Source of the DNA: a virus
Taxonomy: Duplodnaviria > Caudoviricetes
DNA length: 42,578 bases
IMG/VR virus record: IMGVR_UViG_3300032226_000526
Location: 1 to 42,578 of that record
Direction: 5' to 3' (one strand)
A program made the position numbers and the translations under genes. Shown here in pieces: positions 1 to 8,747 of the stretch (position 1 is the stretch's first letter; every line of letters begins with the position of its first letter). The notes beneath the pieces are model-generated. The model was not told where the DNA came from, searched no databases, and saw only the letters and a program-made list of their open reading frames with translations.

Positions 1-2
1 AA

Positions 3-101
3 GAGTACCAAATTTATTTGGCCTGCGCTGACGATGGCACAGGCCATTCAATCACTAACGGCAAACCATTAAAAACATACGAAGAGTGGCTCGCGTCCTG
101 A
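3..101 (+). CDS. hypothetical phage protein, C-terminal part (5' truncated by window)
   Basis: Open frame EYQIYLACADDGTGHSITNGKPLKTYEEWLAS* running from the window edge to TGA 99-101. Confidence 0.65.
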   Translation, partial: EYQIYLACADDGTGHSITNGKPLKTYEEWLAS

Positions 102-142
102 GCCACTGACCCAGTATAATGATCACATCAACAGGAGATAAT

Positions 143-349
143 ATGAGCTACGCTAAGATTTGGAACCCAACCGGCGACATCACGTTCGAGGTGCGCATGG
201 ATCCACTGGGCGCCGGTAAGTACGACGTGTGGGCAGTGCAAGGTGGTTATGCACGCAAAATCACATCAAACTGGTTTGCCGATCGTAAGGATGCAGAGGC
301 ATTATTTTTATCTAAGGATTACAATCAATGGATGGAGGAACTACAATGA
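143..349 (+). CDS. hypothetical early protein
   Basis: ORF 119..349; start moved to ATG 143 behind an AGGAG SD; TATAAT at 115-120 upstream. Confidence 0.75.
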   Translation: MSYAKIWNPTGDITFEVRMDPLGAGKYDVWAVQGGYARKITSNWFADRKDAEALFLSKDYNQWMEELQ

Positions 350-588
350 AAGCACTACAAGCATATATTAATCGCATAAACAAGCGTGCGCTTTATCCTG
401 TCAGTCTCGACAGCGCAGAAGATCGTAAGCGCATCGCGCGTCGTATTGACAACGAGCTGAGCCCTGAGAACCTAACCATGGACGGCGAGCTCTCACGCTC
501 TGAGGTCAACCGCAGGTATAATAATTTAATCCGAGTCGCTGAGCAGTTACAGAAACTCGATCCAACAATTCAATTTTGGGAGGTGTAA
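346..588 (+). CDS. hypothetical early protein
   Basis: GGAGG SD, ATGA overlap with previous stop; LSPENLTMDGEL motif. Confidence 0.75.
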   Translation: MKALQAYINRINKRALYPVSLDSAEDRKRIARRIDNELSPENLTMDGELSRSEVNRRYNNLIRVAEQLQKLDPTIQFWEV

Positions 589-589
589 T

Positions 590-817
590 ATGAGCACACG
601 ATATGAGGTACAGCAAGACACTATTTGCGACGGATGGACTAATACTTGGACTGAGTACGACGACGACAACAACGCCCAACCAATGACCTTTGACAGTTTT
701 GATGAGGCATTGGATGAGCTAAACGAGCACTTAAATGACTGCGATAAAGAGTACAAGCGTGGCAATATTGATGCCCCTTATGAACGTGATGAATTTAGAA
801 TTGTGGAGGTTAAATAA
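590..817 (+). CDS. hypothetical acidic early protein
   Basis: GGAGG SD, tight packing. Confidence 0.75.
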   Translation: MSTRYEVQQDTICDGWTNTWTEYDDDNNAQPMTFDSFDEALDELNEHLNDCDKEYKRGNIDAPYERDEFRIVEVK

Positions 818-1011
818 TGAACATTACAATGACAATCGAGCAGTACAACAAAATCAAAAAACTCGCAGATTTTGCCCAGTGGTACATAGACGAGCACTGG
901 GGTGCCTCAGGTAGTAAGGAAATTATTGAGCAGTGGGAAGCGGATCGTGACGAGGTAGAGCGTGGCATTAACGCTCTTGAAGAGGTAGACCAACAAATTC
1001 AATTTAGCTAG
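817..1011 (+). CDS. hypothetical early protein
   Basis: GGAGG SD, TAATG overlap. Confidence 0.7.
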   Translation: MNITMTIEQYNKIKKLADFAQWYIDEHWGASGSKEIIEQWEADRDEVERGINALEEVDQQIQFS

Positions 1012-1022
1012 GAGGAAACACA

Positions 1023-1196
1023 ATGAATAAGTACCGAGTTTACGCATCATACGTGGTCGAGCTGTACTACGACCTCGAGGCAGAGTCGACAGACGACGCA
1101 TACGACAGGGCGTACCATATTGACGTTGCGGACTACACCCGCACGGATATTGAGGATGGTTGGCAAATTGACAGGATAGAGGAGATCAAGGTATGA
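1023..1196 (+). CDS. hypothetical acidic protein (57 aa, not in ORF track)
   Basis: AGGAGG SD; MNKYRVYASYVVELYYDLEAES...IEEIKV*; fills the gap and overlaps the next ATG. Confidence 0.7.
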   Translation: MNKYRVYASYVVELYYDLEAESTDDAYDRAYHIDVADYTRTDIEDGWQIDRIEEIKV

Positions 1197-1462
1197 CACG
1201 CAAACACAGACTAGCATTTAACGCACTCAAAAAGATCAACGCACCAGTGTACGAGCGCTGTGACATTGAGAACTTTCAGATCAGCGCCGAGCATAATTTC
1301 GACCCCAAGTACGGCGACACATTGTGGGCAGATTATTATGAGGGCGACATGATGGGCAGTGACTGGGAGTTTGGCGTCAACCCACGCATTACTGAGACGT
1401 TAAACAAATACGGATTACACGCAGAATGGATCAACGCAGGCGAACTGGGAGTATACGAATGA
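1193..1462 (+). CDS. hypothetical early protein
   Basis: GAGGAG SD, ATGA overlap. Confidence 0.75.
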   Translation: MTRKHRLAFNALKKINAPVYERCDIENFQISAEHNFDPKYGDTLWADYYEGDMMGSDWEFGVNPRITETLNKYGLHAEWINAGELGVYE

Positions 1463-1734
1463 GCACAAACAATGTAGACAATTTAAGTGATCAAGAGGTA
1501 TCGCAAATAACCTTATACGCAAAAGGGTTAATCGAGGGCATCAGGGACGTCTTGCCAAAAGACAAAGCAGACCTTATACTCGAGGATTATTGGTACGCGT
1601 GGGACAACACAATTGACATGAACATTATGTACGATCCGCAATACAACAACCACGTGCTCTGTTTATACCCAGTGTATAATCAGGTACGTGATGATTCAAC
1701 ATTTCAACGATTCATTTTAGGTACAAGGGGATAA
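1459..1734 (+). CDS. hypothetical early protein
   Basis: ORF 1426..1734; start moved to ATG 1459 (GGGAG SD, ATGA overlap). Confidence 0.7.
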   Translation: MSTNNVDNLSDQEVSQITLYAKGLIEGIRDVLPKDKADLILEDYWYAWDNTIDMNIMYDPQYNNHVLCLYPVYNQVRDDSTFQRFILGTRG

Positions 1735-1735
1735 C

Positions 1736-2044
1736 ATGACATTCACATTAGCAGACGTAAACAACATCGAGTTTGACGAAGAGATCAGCGAGGCAGACTA
1801 CTACGCCTCCATACAGCGCGCAATTAACAGTGGTATGTGGTCACTCCAAGGATCGTATGGTCGCACCATGATGGAGGCAATAGAGGCAGGCAAATGCCTT
1901 TTAGGTCTCAAGAGTGCCAGTGACTACTGGGGCAACACAATCCCATCACGCCTCCAAGTACAGGACGGCACCAAGGGATCGTGGGAGTACGTAAAGCAAC
2001 ACAACGGCGTAGTATGGGCAAACAAAATGGCGGGGGTGAAATAA
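1736..2044 (+). CDS. hypothetical early protein
   Basis: 102 aa ORF in the packed operon; WSLQGSYGR motif. Confidence 0.75.
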   Translation: MTFTLADVNNIEFDEEISEADYYASIQRAINSGMWSLQGSYGRTMMEAIEAGKCLLGLKSASDYWGNTIPSRLQVQDGTKGSWEYVKQHNGVVWANKMAGVK

Positions 2045-2232
2045 TGGCTAACTTAACTAAAAACCAATTGGCATTACTGAGCGATATCTTGACGCAGTAT
2101 TGTGAGGACTGTGACACGTCGAAAACCACGGCGCACCTAGTCGACAACATATGGCATACAATCGCTGTAATGCACGGACTGATTGACGACGAGCACACCA
2201 CACCTAAATTTGAACCCGCAGAGGAGGAATAA
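2044..2232 (+). CDS. hypothetical early protein
   Basis: Start moved to ATG 2044 (TAATG overlap). Confidence 0.65.
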   Translation: MANLTKNQLALLSDILTQYCEDCDTSKTTAHLVDNIWHTIAVMHGLIDDEHTTPKFEPAEEE

Positions 2233-2234
2233 CC

Positions 2235-2441
2235 ATGGCATTCTATTACTTTGGCAACATAGAGTTTGGTGATTTTGTAAAAGGCGACGACCATCATCCG
2301 GTGGCGCTGATCCACGCAGTGCACGACACCCGTGAGTTTGCTACCGAGGACGAGGCAGACGACTACATGGTAGAGCAAGGGTTTGGCGGGTATGTTAACG
2401 CCGACTCTAAGAACATTGAGATATACTTTGCAAAGAAATAA
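2235..2441 (+). CDS. hypothetical acidic early protein
   Basis: GAGGAGG SD. Confidence 0.7.
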   Translation: MAFYYFGNIEFGDFVKGDDHHPVALIHAVHDTREFATEDEADDYMVEQGFGGYVNADSKNIEIYFAKK

Positions 2442-2456
2442 AAAAGTCTGTATAAT
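2428..2456 (+). promoter_or_regulatory. host sigma70-type promoter
   Basis: TTGCAA (2428-2433), 17 nt spacer, TATAAT (2451-2456), upstream of GGAGG SD and ATG 2477. Confidence 0.7.
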
Positions 2457-2476
2457 AAATTTTTAACGGAGGAATT

Positions 2477-2779
2477 ATGAACACAATCAACGTACCATCA
2501 TTTACAGCAGTACCTGCACGCACTGACGACATCGTCGACCAGTTGGGCGCAGTCAAGCAGGCAATCGACGAGCTCGAGGCGACAGCACGCAAGTTTAAGG
2601 CAGAGCTCATCAAGCGTGGCGTAGGCACCTACGAGGGCGCTAAGTTCTTTGCCGAGGTGCAACACTACGATCGTGCCACGATCAGTCCAACACTGGTGCG
2701 CAAGCTCAGCAACGACGAGTTCGTCAAGCAAGTAACAGAAGTAAAGGCAATTGACGCAGTAGTAGTTAAATTACTTTAG
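2477..2779 (+). CDS. hypothetical protein with N-terminal coiled coil
   Basis: GGAGG SD, own sigma70 promoter, 100 aa. Confidence 0.8.
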   Translation: MNTINVPSFTAVPARTDDIVDQLGAVKQAIDELEATARKFKAELIKRGVGTYEGAKFFAEVQHYDRATISPTLVRKLSNDEFVKQVTEVKAIDAVVVKLL

Positions 2780-2790
2780 GAGAATAAATA

Positions 2791-2958
2791 ATGCACGGAC
2801 TACAAACAATGGCTTACCTGAACTACCAATCTGCCGAACAGCAGAAGTTTATCAACGACATACTAACTAAACCACGCCCCCCTGAGAGAAATCTGCTCGA
2901 GGTGTGGATTGAATGGAAGAGAGAACAAAATGAGCAATTACAAGTACATTCTAATTGA
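2791..2958 (+). CDS. small protein starting MHGLQTMAYLN (55 aa, not in ORF track)
   Basis: AGGAG SD; N-terminus resembles that of the ORF at 33625..33777. Confidence 0.65.
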   Translation: MHGLQTMAYLNYQSAEQQKFINDILTKPRPPERNLLEVWIEWKREQNEQLQVHSN

Positions 2959-3109
2959 CGAGTTTGGCGGGGCTGTACGCAAGTTTGCGAGTAAGGTGGA
3001 GGCTACCCCCTACCTTACTGGCGAAACGCACCTAGAGCCCCTGCCAAAGGTCCCAAAATCGAATCTATACCAACAGGCAATGCTACTACTTGGGGAGGCA
3101 CCATTTTGA
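2930..3109 (+). CDS. hypothetical protein
   Basis: ORF 2909..3109, likely start ATG 2930. Confidence 0.6.
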   Translation: MSNYKYILIDEFGGAVRKFASKVEATPYLTGETHLEPLPKVPKSNLYQQAMLLLGEAPF

Positions 3110-3285
3110 TAGCAATAGGGTTTTTATTTGCATTGATATGTTTTTCTACATTACAGGAAGAATTTTCATTAGGCACATTCGGGTGGTTTATGGTGGGCGT
3201 CGTTATGATGCTACACAAACCAATTGGCGCAGTAATTTCAACATTATGGGGAGATCGCATTGAAAGAAAACGACATTCTAAGTGA
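3106..3285 (+). CDS. small membrane protein (59 aa, TTG start, not in ORF track)
   Basis: GGGGAGG SD, TTGA overlap; two hydrophobic segments (IAIGFLFALICF, GTFGWFMVGVVMML). Confidence 0.5.
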   Translation: MIAIGFLFALICFSTLQEEFSLGTFGWFMVGVVMMLHKPIGAVISTLWGDRIERKRHSK

Positions 3286-3832
3286 CTACCTGCAATCACT
3301 GTATGGCATCGAGCCGTTGACAGTTGAGGAAGAGCACGAGCTCGCCAAGAAGATTCAGGAAGGTGACGAGCGTGCGCTTGAGAAGTTAATCACGCACAAC
3401 CTGCGCTTTGTGGTCTACGTCGTACGTAAGATGACGGCGTGGAACCACGGCAAGGTACCAGTGGAGGATATGGTCGCCATGGGTAACGAGGCACTGCTTA
3501 CGGCAGGACGCAGGTGGGTGCCTAAGAACAACGCACGCTTTGCCACCTACGCCAAGACGTTTATTGAGAAGGGTGTACGGCGTGACCTAGACAACACGGC
3601 AAACATCATACGGCTACCGATTAACATCATGGAGCAAGTAAAGAAGTTGAACTACACCGAGCGCTCGCTATCCCAAGTACTAGGGCGTAAACCCAAGGTA
3701 AGCGAGATAGCCACGCTTATGAATGTCACAGAGGCCAAGGTGCACCAGTTGCAGGGGTATATCTCACGCGAGCCAATCTCACTTGACCACATCAACCAAG
3801 AGAAGTTTACCGAGGAGCACTTAGATGATTGA
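3260..3832 (+). CDS. RNA polymerase sigma70-family factor (regions 1.2, 2 and 3; no region 4)
   Basis: YLQSL..IEPLTVEEEHELA (r1.2); LITHNLRFVV, EDM..MGNEALL, RFATYA, IIRLP (r2); LGRKPKVSEIA..EPISLD (r3); stop follows soon after. Confidence 0.9.
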   Translation: MKENDILSDYLQSLYGIEPLTVEEEHELAKKIQEGDERALEKLITHNLRFVVYVVRKMTAWNHGKVPVEDMVAMGNEALLTAGRRWVPKNNARFATYAKTFIEKGVRRDLDNTANIIRLPINIMEQVKKLNYTERSLSQVLGRKPKVSEIATLMNVTEAKVHQLQGYISREPISLDHINQEKFTEEHLDD

Positions 3833-4172
3833 ACTAAACGAAATACAACAGAGGGCATACGCCCGCTTTATCAAGGCACGCGACCGAGTCGGACTGGGCG
3901 CGGTCAAGCCAAACAAAAACTACAGTTGGGTGCCACTATCCGACTACTCGGCGTGCGTGGACGTGGTGGGGCTAAACCATCCCCTATTCATACAGAACGA
4001 CGAGTGGTTAGAGTACAAGGAGGCGTTCTCGGCGTGGCTAGCAATCGAGCCCGAGTTTAGGCACCACGAGCGTATGCGCATGAGCAGGGGCGACTACGGC
4101 ACGCAGGACAGTTGGGAAGAGCGTGGCAACAAGGTAACAGACATCGTACACAAAATTAAGGAGGACAAATGA
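3825..4172 (+). CDS. hypothetical protein
   Basis: GAGGAG SD, 115 aa. Confidence 0.75.
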   Translation: MIELNEIQQRAYARFIKARDRVGLGAVKPNKNYSWVPLSDYSACVDVVGLNHPLFIQNDEWLEYKEAFSAWLAIEPEFRHHERMRMSRGDYGTQDSWEERGNKVTDIVHKIKEDK

Positions 4173-4363
4173 GAGTAATATCAACCGACATATTGGATAA
4201 GGACGGCAACCTCGAGCGCTTAGAGTTTTACGACGAGCTCGGTGGCTTTCAGTTTCAGGCCATGTGGGACCCAAACGACGAACAGACGGCAGACAAGCGC
4301 CGAGAGTTTAGGGAGTGGGCCGAGGGTATGGCTAGTAACATGGGGCACGAGGTGGTTAAATGA
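4169..4363 (+). CDS. hypothetical protein
   Basis: AGGAGG SD, ATGA overlap. Confidence 0.75.
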   Translation: MRVISTDILDKDGNLERLEFYDELGGFQFQAMWDPNDEQTADKRREFREWAEGMASNMGHEVVK

Positions 4364-4518
4364 AGATAAACGACGACTATGGCAAGGAGTCACGGCGCAA
4401 ACTGATCGAGCACGACCCCAAAATGGACAAGATGAGACGCAATGAGAATTTGTTGGTACTTTTCTTGTTTTTATACCTCGGGGGACACGTGATTTATGCT
4501 CTATTTTTCACATCGTGA
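4360..4518 (+). CDS. small protein with C-terminal TM helix (52 aa, not in ORF track)
   Basis: GAGGT SD, ATGA overlap; LLVLFLFLYLGGHVIYALFF. Confidence 0.5.
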   Translation: MKINDDYGKESRRKLIEHDPKMDKMRRNENLLVLFLFLYLGGHVIYALFFTS

Positions 4519-4702
4519 AACGAAACGAGCTAAGTCATTGATGTTTGACGGGCTCGCGGTACTTGCGGGGGTACTTTTACTATTTTTATATTTTTTTAAA
4601 AAAGAAAAATAAAGATAGAGGGTAAACTGGAATTAACCCCCGCAACCCCCGCATCCCCGTCGAACATCAAGGACTTACAGCAACTCATTTCACATCGTGG
4701 AA
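4506..4702. repeat. nested inverted repeats around an AT-rich core; putative replication origin
   Basis: TTTCACATCGTG(A/G)AA at 4506-4520 and 4688-4702; 22-bp inverted repeat 4531-4552 / 4656-4677 (2 mismatches); TTGCGGGGGT 4563-4572 / ACCCCCGCAA 4636-4645; A/T-rich centre; directly upstream of the primase-helicase. Confidence 0.7.
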
Positions 4703-4718
4703 TATTAGCACCTAAAAA

Positions 4719-4730
4719 TTTGCATTAGTA
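4719..4730 (+). promoter_or_regulatory. TTTGCATTAGTA phage promoter-like motif
   Basis: Exact copy 19 nt before the primase ATG. Confidence 0.7.
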
Positions 4731-4749
4731 AGTGTGAAGAAAGGAAACT

Positions 4750-7053
4750 ATGACAGATAAACCAATTTGCTTACCCGTGCAGTTTGCCACGATCCCCTTG
4801 GAGCTTAAACGCATCCCAAGGTGGGTGTTGTGGAGACTTGTCGAGGTAGGTGACGAGGGCAACAAAAGATGGTCCAAGCTACCGACGCAGGTCAGTGGCC
4901 AACCCGCCTCGTCAACCAACCCCGCAACGTGGACAGACTTTCCGTCCGCACAGCACGCCTACGAGGAAGACCCCGAGAAGTTTGCAGGTATCGGGTTCGT
5001 CTTCACATCGGAAGACAACCTCATCGGCGTGGACTTAGACGACTGCTATGACTACATCGCAGAGCGTTTCACAAATGATGCACTGCAACATATCTCTGAC
5101 GAGCTCCTTGGATACCACGAGATCAGTCCGTCCGGCACTGGCATCAAGATATTCACCCGCTCTGATCTAGCGCACGCCCACGTCGACCACAGCCAAGGAC
5201 TAGAGATTTACCCACAGGGTAGGTTCTTCACAGTCACCGGTCACTACCTAGGCGGTACGATACCAACCGAGGCGCAGGATCTCTCGGCGTTCATACCCGA
5301 GCGCGCACTGCACGTCACAGGTGACGCGTTTGCGGACTACGTGCCACCGGTCGAGGGCTACGACCTGCACCGAGTTGAGACCGAGCTACTATCCAAGCTC
5401 GACCCTGACTGCGGGTACACAGACTGGCTAAGCGTCGGGTTCGCTCTCTTCCACCAGTTTGGTGGGGACGTCGAGGCCTGTGAGTTGTGGGATCGTTGGA
5501 GTGCGCAGTCAGGCAAGTACTCATCAAACGGCTGTGAGTCGAAGTGGCGCACGTTCAAGAGTGGTGGCGCGACTCTACGAAGTATTATCTTTAAGGTTAA
5601 TCAGAAAGAGAGGGCGGATTCGCTTGCTCGGGGAGAGATAATACTCGACTCGGGCGCTATGAATCACGCACGCACCTTTCTCGACGCGCTCTACTCTGCG
5701 GAGGAAGGCTACCGGCTAGTACACTATGCGGAAGACTTTTTTATACACGCGGGCACGCACTACGAGATTATCGAGGAGGCAACGATCCGCTCGAGGCTCT
5801 ACGCGTTCCTTGATAAATGTAAGAAACCGGCCAAGGGTGGTGCCTTGGTACCGTTTAACCCGTCACCAGCGAGCGTCTCGGCCTCTATGGATGCGATTAA
5901 GTCGATTGTGCACCTACCTAATCATGCAAACACCAAGCCACCGATTTGGTTTGAAGAGTATCAGGCAAATAAGCCCGACGCGTCGAAGTTGATCAGCGTC
6001 AAGAATGGCCTCTTTCACCTAGAGGACAAGATCTTACTGCCACACTCGCTTGGGTTTTTTACACAGCACTCGCTACCATTCGAGTACGATCATAGCGCGA
6101 CCTGCCCGCAGTGGGACGCGTTTTTACAGTCGATATGGGACGATGATCAGGAGTCGATTGACGCACTGCAGGAGATGTTCGGCTACATCCTGTCGGGAGA
6201 CACGAGACAGCAAAAGTTTTTTAACATAATTGGTCCGCGACGTAGCGGTAAGGGCACGATCAACAAGGTGCTAGTCTCGCTATTTGGGCAACACAACACT
6301 GTCGCACCACAATTGGAGGAGCTCTGTGATACATTTGGCTTACAACCATGGCTTGGAAAACCCCTTGCCTCATTTACTGACGCTCGTGCACCTGAGCGTA
6401 ATCGTAGCGCTGTTGTTAGTCAGTTGTTGCGTATTGTGGGTGGTGATACTGTCACCGTTAATCGAAAAAATAAGGACGCATGGTCGGGCTATCTGCCGAC
6501 GCGTATTATCGTATACTCGAACGAGGCGTTGCAGTTAACCGAGAACAGTAACGCGCTCACCGGACGTATGTTGGTGCTTAAGATGAACAAGTCATTCTAT
6601 GACAAGGAGGACACCGACCTGTTCAACAAGCTGTCAAACGAGTTGGCCGGTATCTTTAACTGGGCAATGGCAGGACTTGATCGCAGACTGGCGCGTGGCG
6701 GGCACTTCGTACAACCACAATCCGGCAAGCAGTTGTTACTGTTGATGGAGCAGTTGGGTAACCCACTGAACTCGTTCGTTGAGGACACGTTCGTGTTTGA
6801 CCCAGTGTCACAGGTTAAGAAGGATGACGTGTTCTTGTGTTGGAAGAGGTGGGCTGTTAAACGTAGCCTACCCCCCGGATCTGAGATGTCGTTTAAGCGC
6901 AGGTTCTTAGCCGCGACACAAGAGAAACGCATTGAGACAGGCGAGAGCCGAGCAGATGGTGAGCGCGTGCCAATTTACCTTGGCATACGGTTTAACACAT
7001 CGGCCGGCGAGTACTTAAAATCAGTTGAAACATTTGAAACGGAAGGATATTGA
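4750..7053 (+). CDS. primase-polymerase / PriCT-2 / D5-P4-type SF3 helicase
   Basis: GVDLDDC, EISPSGTG, LEIY..GRFFTVTG (prim-pol); YTDWLSVGFAL..WDRWS (PriCT-2); Walker A GPRRSGKGT. Confidence 0.9.
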   Translation: MTDKPICLPVQFATIPLELKRIPRWVLWRLVEVGDEGNKRWSKLPTQVSGQPASSTNPATWTDFPSAQHAYEEDPEKFAGIGFVFTSEDNLIGVDLDDCYDYIAERFTNDALQHISDELLGYHEISPSGTGIKIFTRSDLAHAHVDHSQGLEIYPQGRFFTVTGHYLGGTIPTEAQDLSAFIPERALHVTGDAFADYVPPVEGYDLHRVETELLSKLDPDCGYTDWLSVGFALFHQFGGDVEACELWDRWSAQSGKYSSNGCESKWRTFKSGGATLRSIIFKVNQKERADSLARGEIILDSGAMNHARTFLDALYSAEEGYRLVHYAEDFFIHAGTHYEIIEEATIRSRLYAFLDKCKKPAKGGALVPFNPSPASVSASMDAIKSIVHLPNHANTKPPIWFEEYQANKPDASKLISVKNGLFHLEDKILLPHSLGFFTQHSLPFEYDHSATCPQWDAFLQSIWDDDQESIDALQEMFGYILSGDTRQQKFFNIIGPRRSGKGTINKVLVSLFGQHNTVAPQLEELCDTFGLQPWLGKPLASFTDARAPERNRSAVVSQLLRIVGGDTVTVNRKNKDAWSGYLPTRIIVYSNEALQLTENSNALTGRMLVLKMNKSFYDKEDTDLFNKLSNELAGIFNWAMAGLDRRLARGGHFVQPQSGKQLLLLMEQLGNPLNSFVEDTFVFDPVSQVKKDDVFLCWKRWAVKRSLPPGSEMSFKRRFLAATQEKRIETGESRADGERVPIYLGIRFNTSAGEYLKSVETFETEGY

Positions 7054-7190
7054 TGGATAACAAAGATGAGTTAATGTTTTACGCGGGTCTCGCGTTAATG
7101 GGCCTAGTGGCGCGCGGGGAGGCACCAAGCTCCGCGTCTCAGCAGGCGTGGCAGTACGCCGAGTTTATGATGACACACAAGCCACAATGA
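7053..7190 (+). CDS. small hypothetical protein (45 aa, not in ORF track)
   Basis: TGATG overlap; FYAGLALMGLVA..AWQYAEFM pattern common in small phage proteins. Confidence 0.6.
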   Translation: MDNKDELMFYAGLALMGLVARGEAPSSASQQAWQYAEFMMTHKPQ

Positions 7191-7834
7191 AGGCCATCGT
7201 AATCGCTACAAAAACCGCCCAGTGTCTGCCAGTTTTACTGGCAAGCATTGAGGCGTACGTGCCCCACGATGTAGTTACGTTTATCAGTGGATCACCGCAA
7301 CGTTGTAAAGACCGGAGTTCTTCAAACACACAAAATGACGGCAATACATTTGGAGAGTCATACAATGCAATTGTTAAGGAGGCATTTAAGTTGCACGATG
7401 AAATTATCGTGGTAAATGACGACGTGGTGTTGACGCCGTCAACGTACGCTAAGTTGACTGAGGACCTAGGGTTTTTGCATGGTCAGGGGCATAAAGTTGG
7501 CTGGCTTGGGGCCCGCAGTGATTTTACCCACCCAATCCAGCTCGTGCAAAATTTAGACCCAAACCTAATCCACAGAGCAAGTAGGGTATCACCGCTCTTT
7601 GCGTACGTTAGCCGGCAGGCGTGGGTAGACTACCCACCCATCAATTGGTACTCGGACGATATTCAATGCGCGGATATGGTGGCTAATGGGTACGAGCACT
7701 TTGTATCAAGGGCGTATGTGCACCACGTTGGCAGTCAAACAATTGGGCTGGACAACCAAAAGAATCACTTACAACCACGGGAGTGGATTCAAACAAATAG
7801 GCCCGACATGTACAAAAGATTTTATGAAGTTTAA
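7187..7834 (+). CDS. glycosyltransferase family 2-like protein
   Basis: GNTFGESYN, IIVVNDDVVL (DxD region), YSDDIQC, YVHHVGSQT; start moved to ATG 7187. Confidence 0.8.
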   Translation: MKAIVIATKTAQCLPVLLASIEAYVPHDVVTFISGSPQRCKDRSSSNTQNDGNTFGESYNAIVKEAFKLHDEIIVVNDDVVLTPSTYAKLTEDLGFLHGQGHKVGWLGARSDFTHPIQLVQNLDPNLIHRASRVSPLFAYVSRQAWVDYPPINWYSDDIQCADMVANGYEHFVSRAYVHHVGSQTIGLDNQKNHLQPREWIQTNRPDMYKRFYEV

Positions 7835-8069
7835 TTTTAAAAAAACAATTAAGCGCAATGGTTTTACCACTATTTTTGGTGGGGTGGGGTTGCCTCGCAC
7901 TGTTTTTGTTGATCCAAAAGGCAAGCCGGTATATCATAAACGAACTCGTATGCAGATGTACCGCAGGGCCTCGCAGGGGTGGCGTAACAAAACCTACACG
8001 CGCCTGTGCGCGTTAAAACTATATGTGCAGTTTGGCATACGTAAACCAGCAACACGATTTAGGAGATAG
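7824..8069 (+). CDS. basic hypothetical protein
   Basis: Likely start MKFNFKK at 7824. Confidence 0.55.
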   Translation: MKFNFKKTIKRNGFTTIFGGVGLPRTVFVDPKGKPVYHKRTRMQMYRRASQGWRNKTYTRLCALKLYVQFGIRKPATRFRR

Positions 8070-8070
8070 T

Positions 8071-8238
8071 ATGTACCACACAGTAAAGGAGTACGAAGAG
8101 GCAGTAAACCGAGTACCAATGACCGATGAACATATTAGAGAAATGATTACCACGTTAAACAAAACGAACAAGATGTGGAACATGCGTGACTTTGTTAGAA
8201 CAGTTGAAGAATATCATGGGATAAAAAATGAAAGTTAA
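8071..8238 (+). CDS. hypothetical protein
   Basis: AGGAG SD, ATG 8071. Confidence 0.65.
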   Translation: MYHTVKEYEEAVNRVPMTDEHIREMITTLNKTNKMWNMRDFVRTVEEYHGIKNES

Positions 8239-8404
8239 AATGATTGACCCGCCTAAGGGATGGCTGTATGGGTTTCCTAAAGAGATACCGGAGGACGTAG
8301 AAAACACCACGCAGTGGTTGATTGACAACGGATACCCCGAGAAGTTGATTAAAGACTTTGGGACCGCTTTTTATGTACGTGGATGGTGGAAGGAGATAGA
8401 ATGA
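8228..8404 (+). CDS. small phage protein (58 aa, not in ORF track)
   Basis: MKVKMIDPPKGWLYGFPK...WLIDNGYP. Confidence 0.65.
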   Translation: MKVKMIDPPKGWLYGFPKEIPEDVENTTQWLIDNGYPEKLIKDFGTAFYVRGWWKEIE

Positions 8405-8559
8405 ATAACGCCGTAGTCACGGAGCCAAGGCCATTTTTTTGCGGAGTCTACAAGTCAAAACCCCTTACAAATCAAGAGATTATCGGCATTAGAATGCAAA
8501 CCGAGGGCGACATAATTGCGTTTGCCCGCGCAATCGAAGAAAGGCACGGAATAAAATGA
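8401..8559 (+). CDS. hypothetical protein (52 aa, not in ORF track)
   Basis: AAGGAG SD; KPLTNQEI...FARAIEERHGIK; the C-terminal pattern also ends ORF 8071..8238. Confidence 0.6.
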   Translation: MNNAVVTEPRPFFCGVYKSKPLTNQEIIGIRMQTEGDIIAFARAIEERHGIK

Positions 8560-8747
8560 AACGTAAAAAAGAAAACTTTAAATTTACCATCAAGACAATC
8601 AGCGAGAACGAGGATGGCTCGGCTAATTGTGAGGTGGAACTAAACGACTACACCAAGGGCAAACTGATTGAGCTCGGCGTCATATCTATTTTAAAAGAAC
8701 ACATCGCACAGGAGAAAATGAAAAATGCAAAAGAAATTAGCGTTTAA
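8556..8747 (+). CDS. hypothetical protein
   Basis: ATGA overlap; ENEDGSA motif. Confidence 0.65.
   Translation: MKRKKENFKFTIKTISENEDGSANCEVELNDYTKGKLIELGVISILKEHIAQEKMKNAKEISV

Noticed and set aside
3127-3138. Promoter-motif variant TTTGCATTGATA
   Set aside because: Two mismatches, and it is explained by Phe-Ala-Leu-Ile codons of the small membrane ORF 3106..3285
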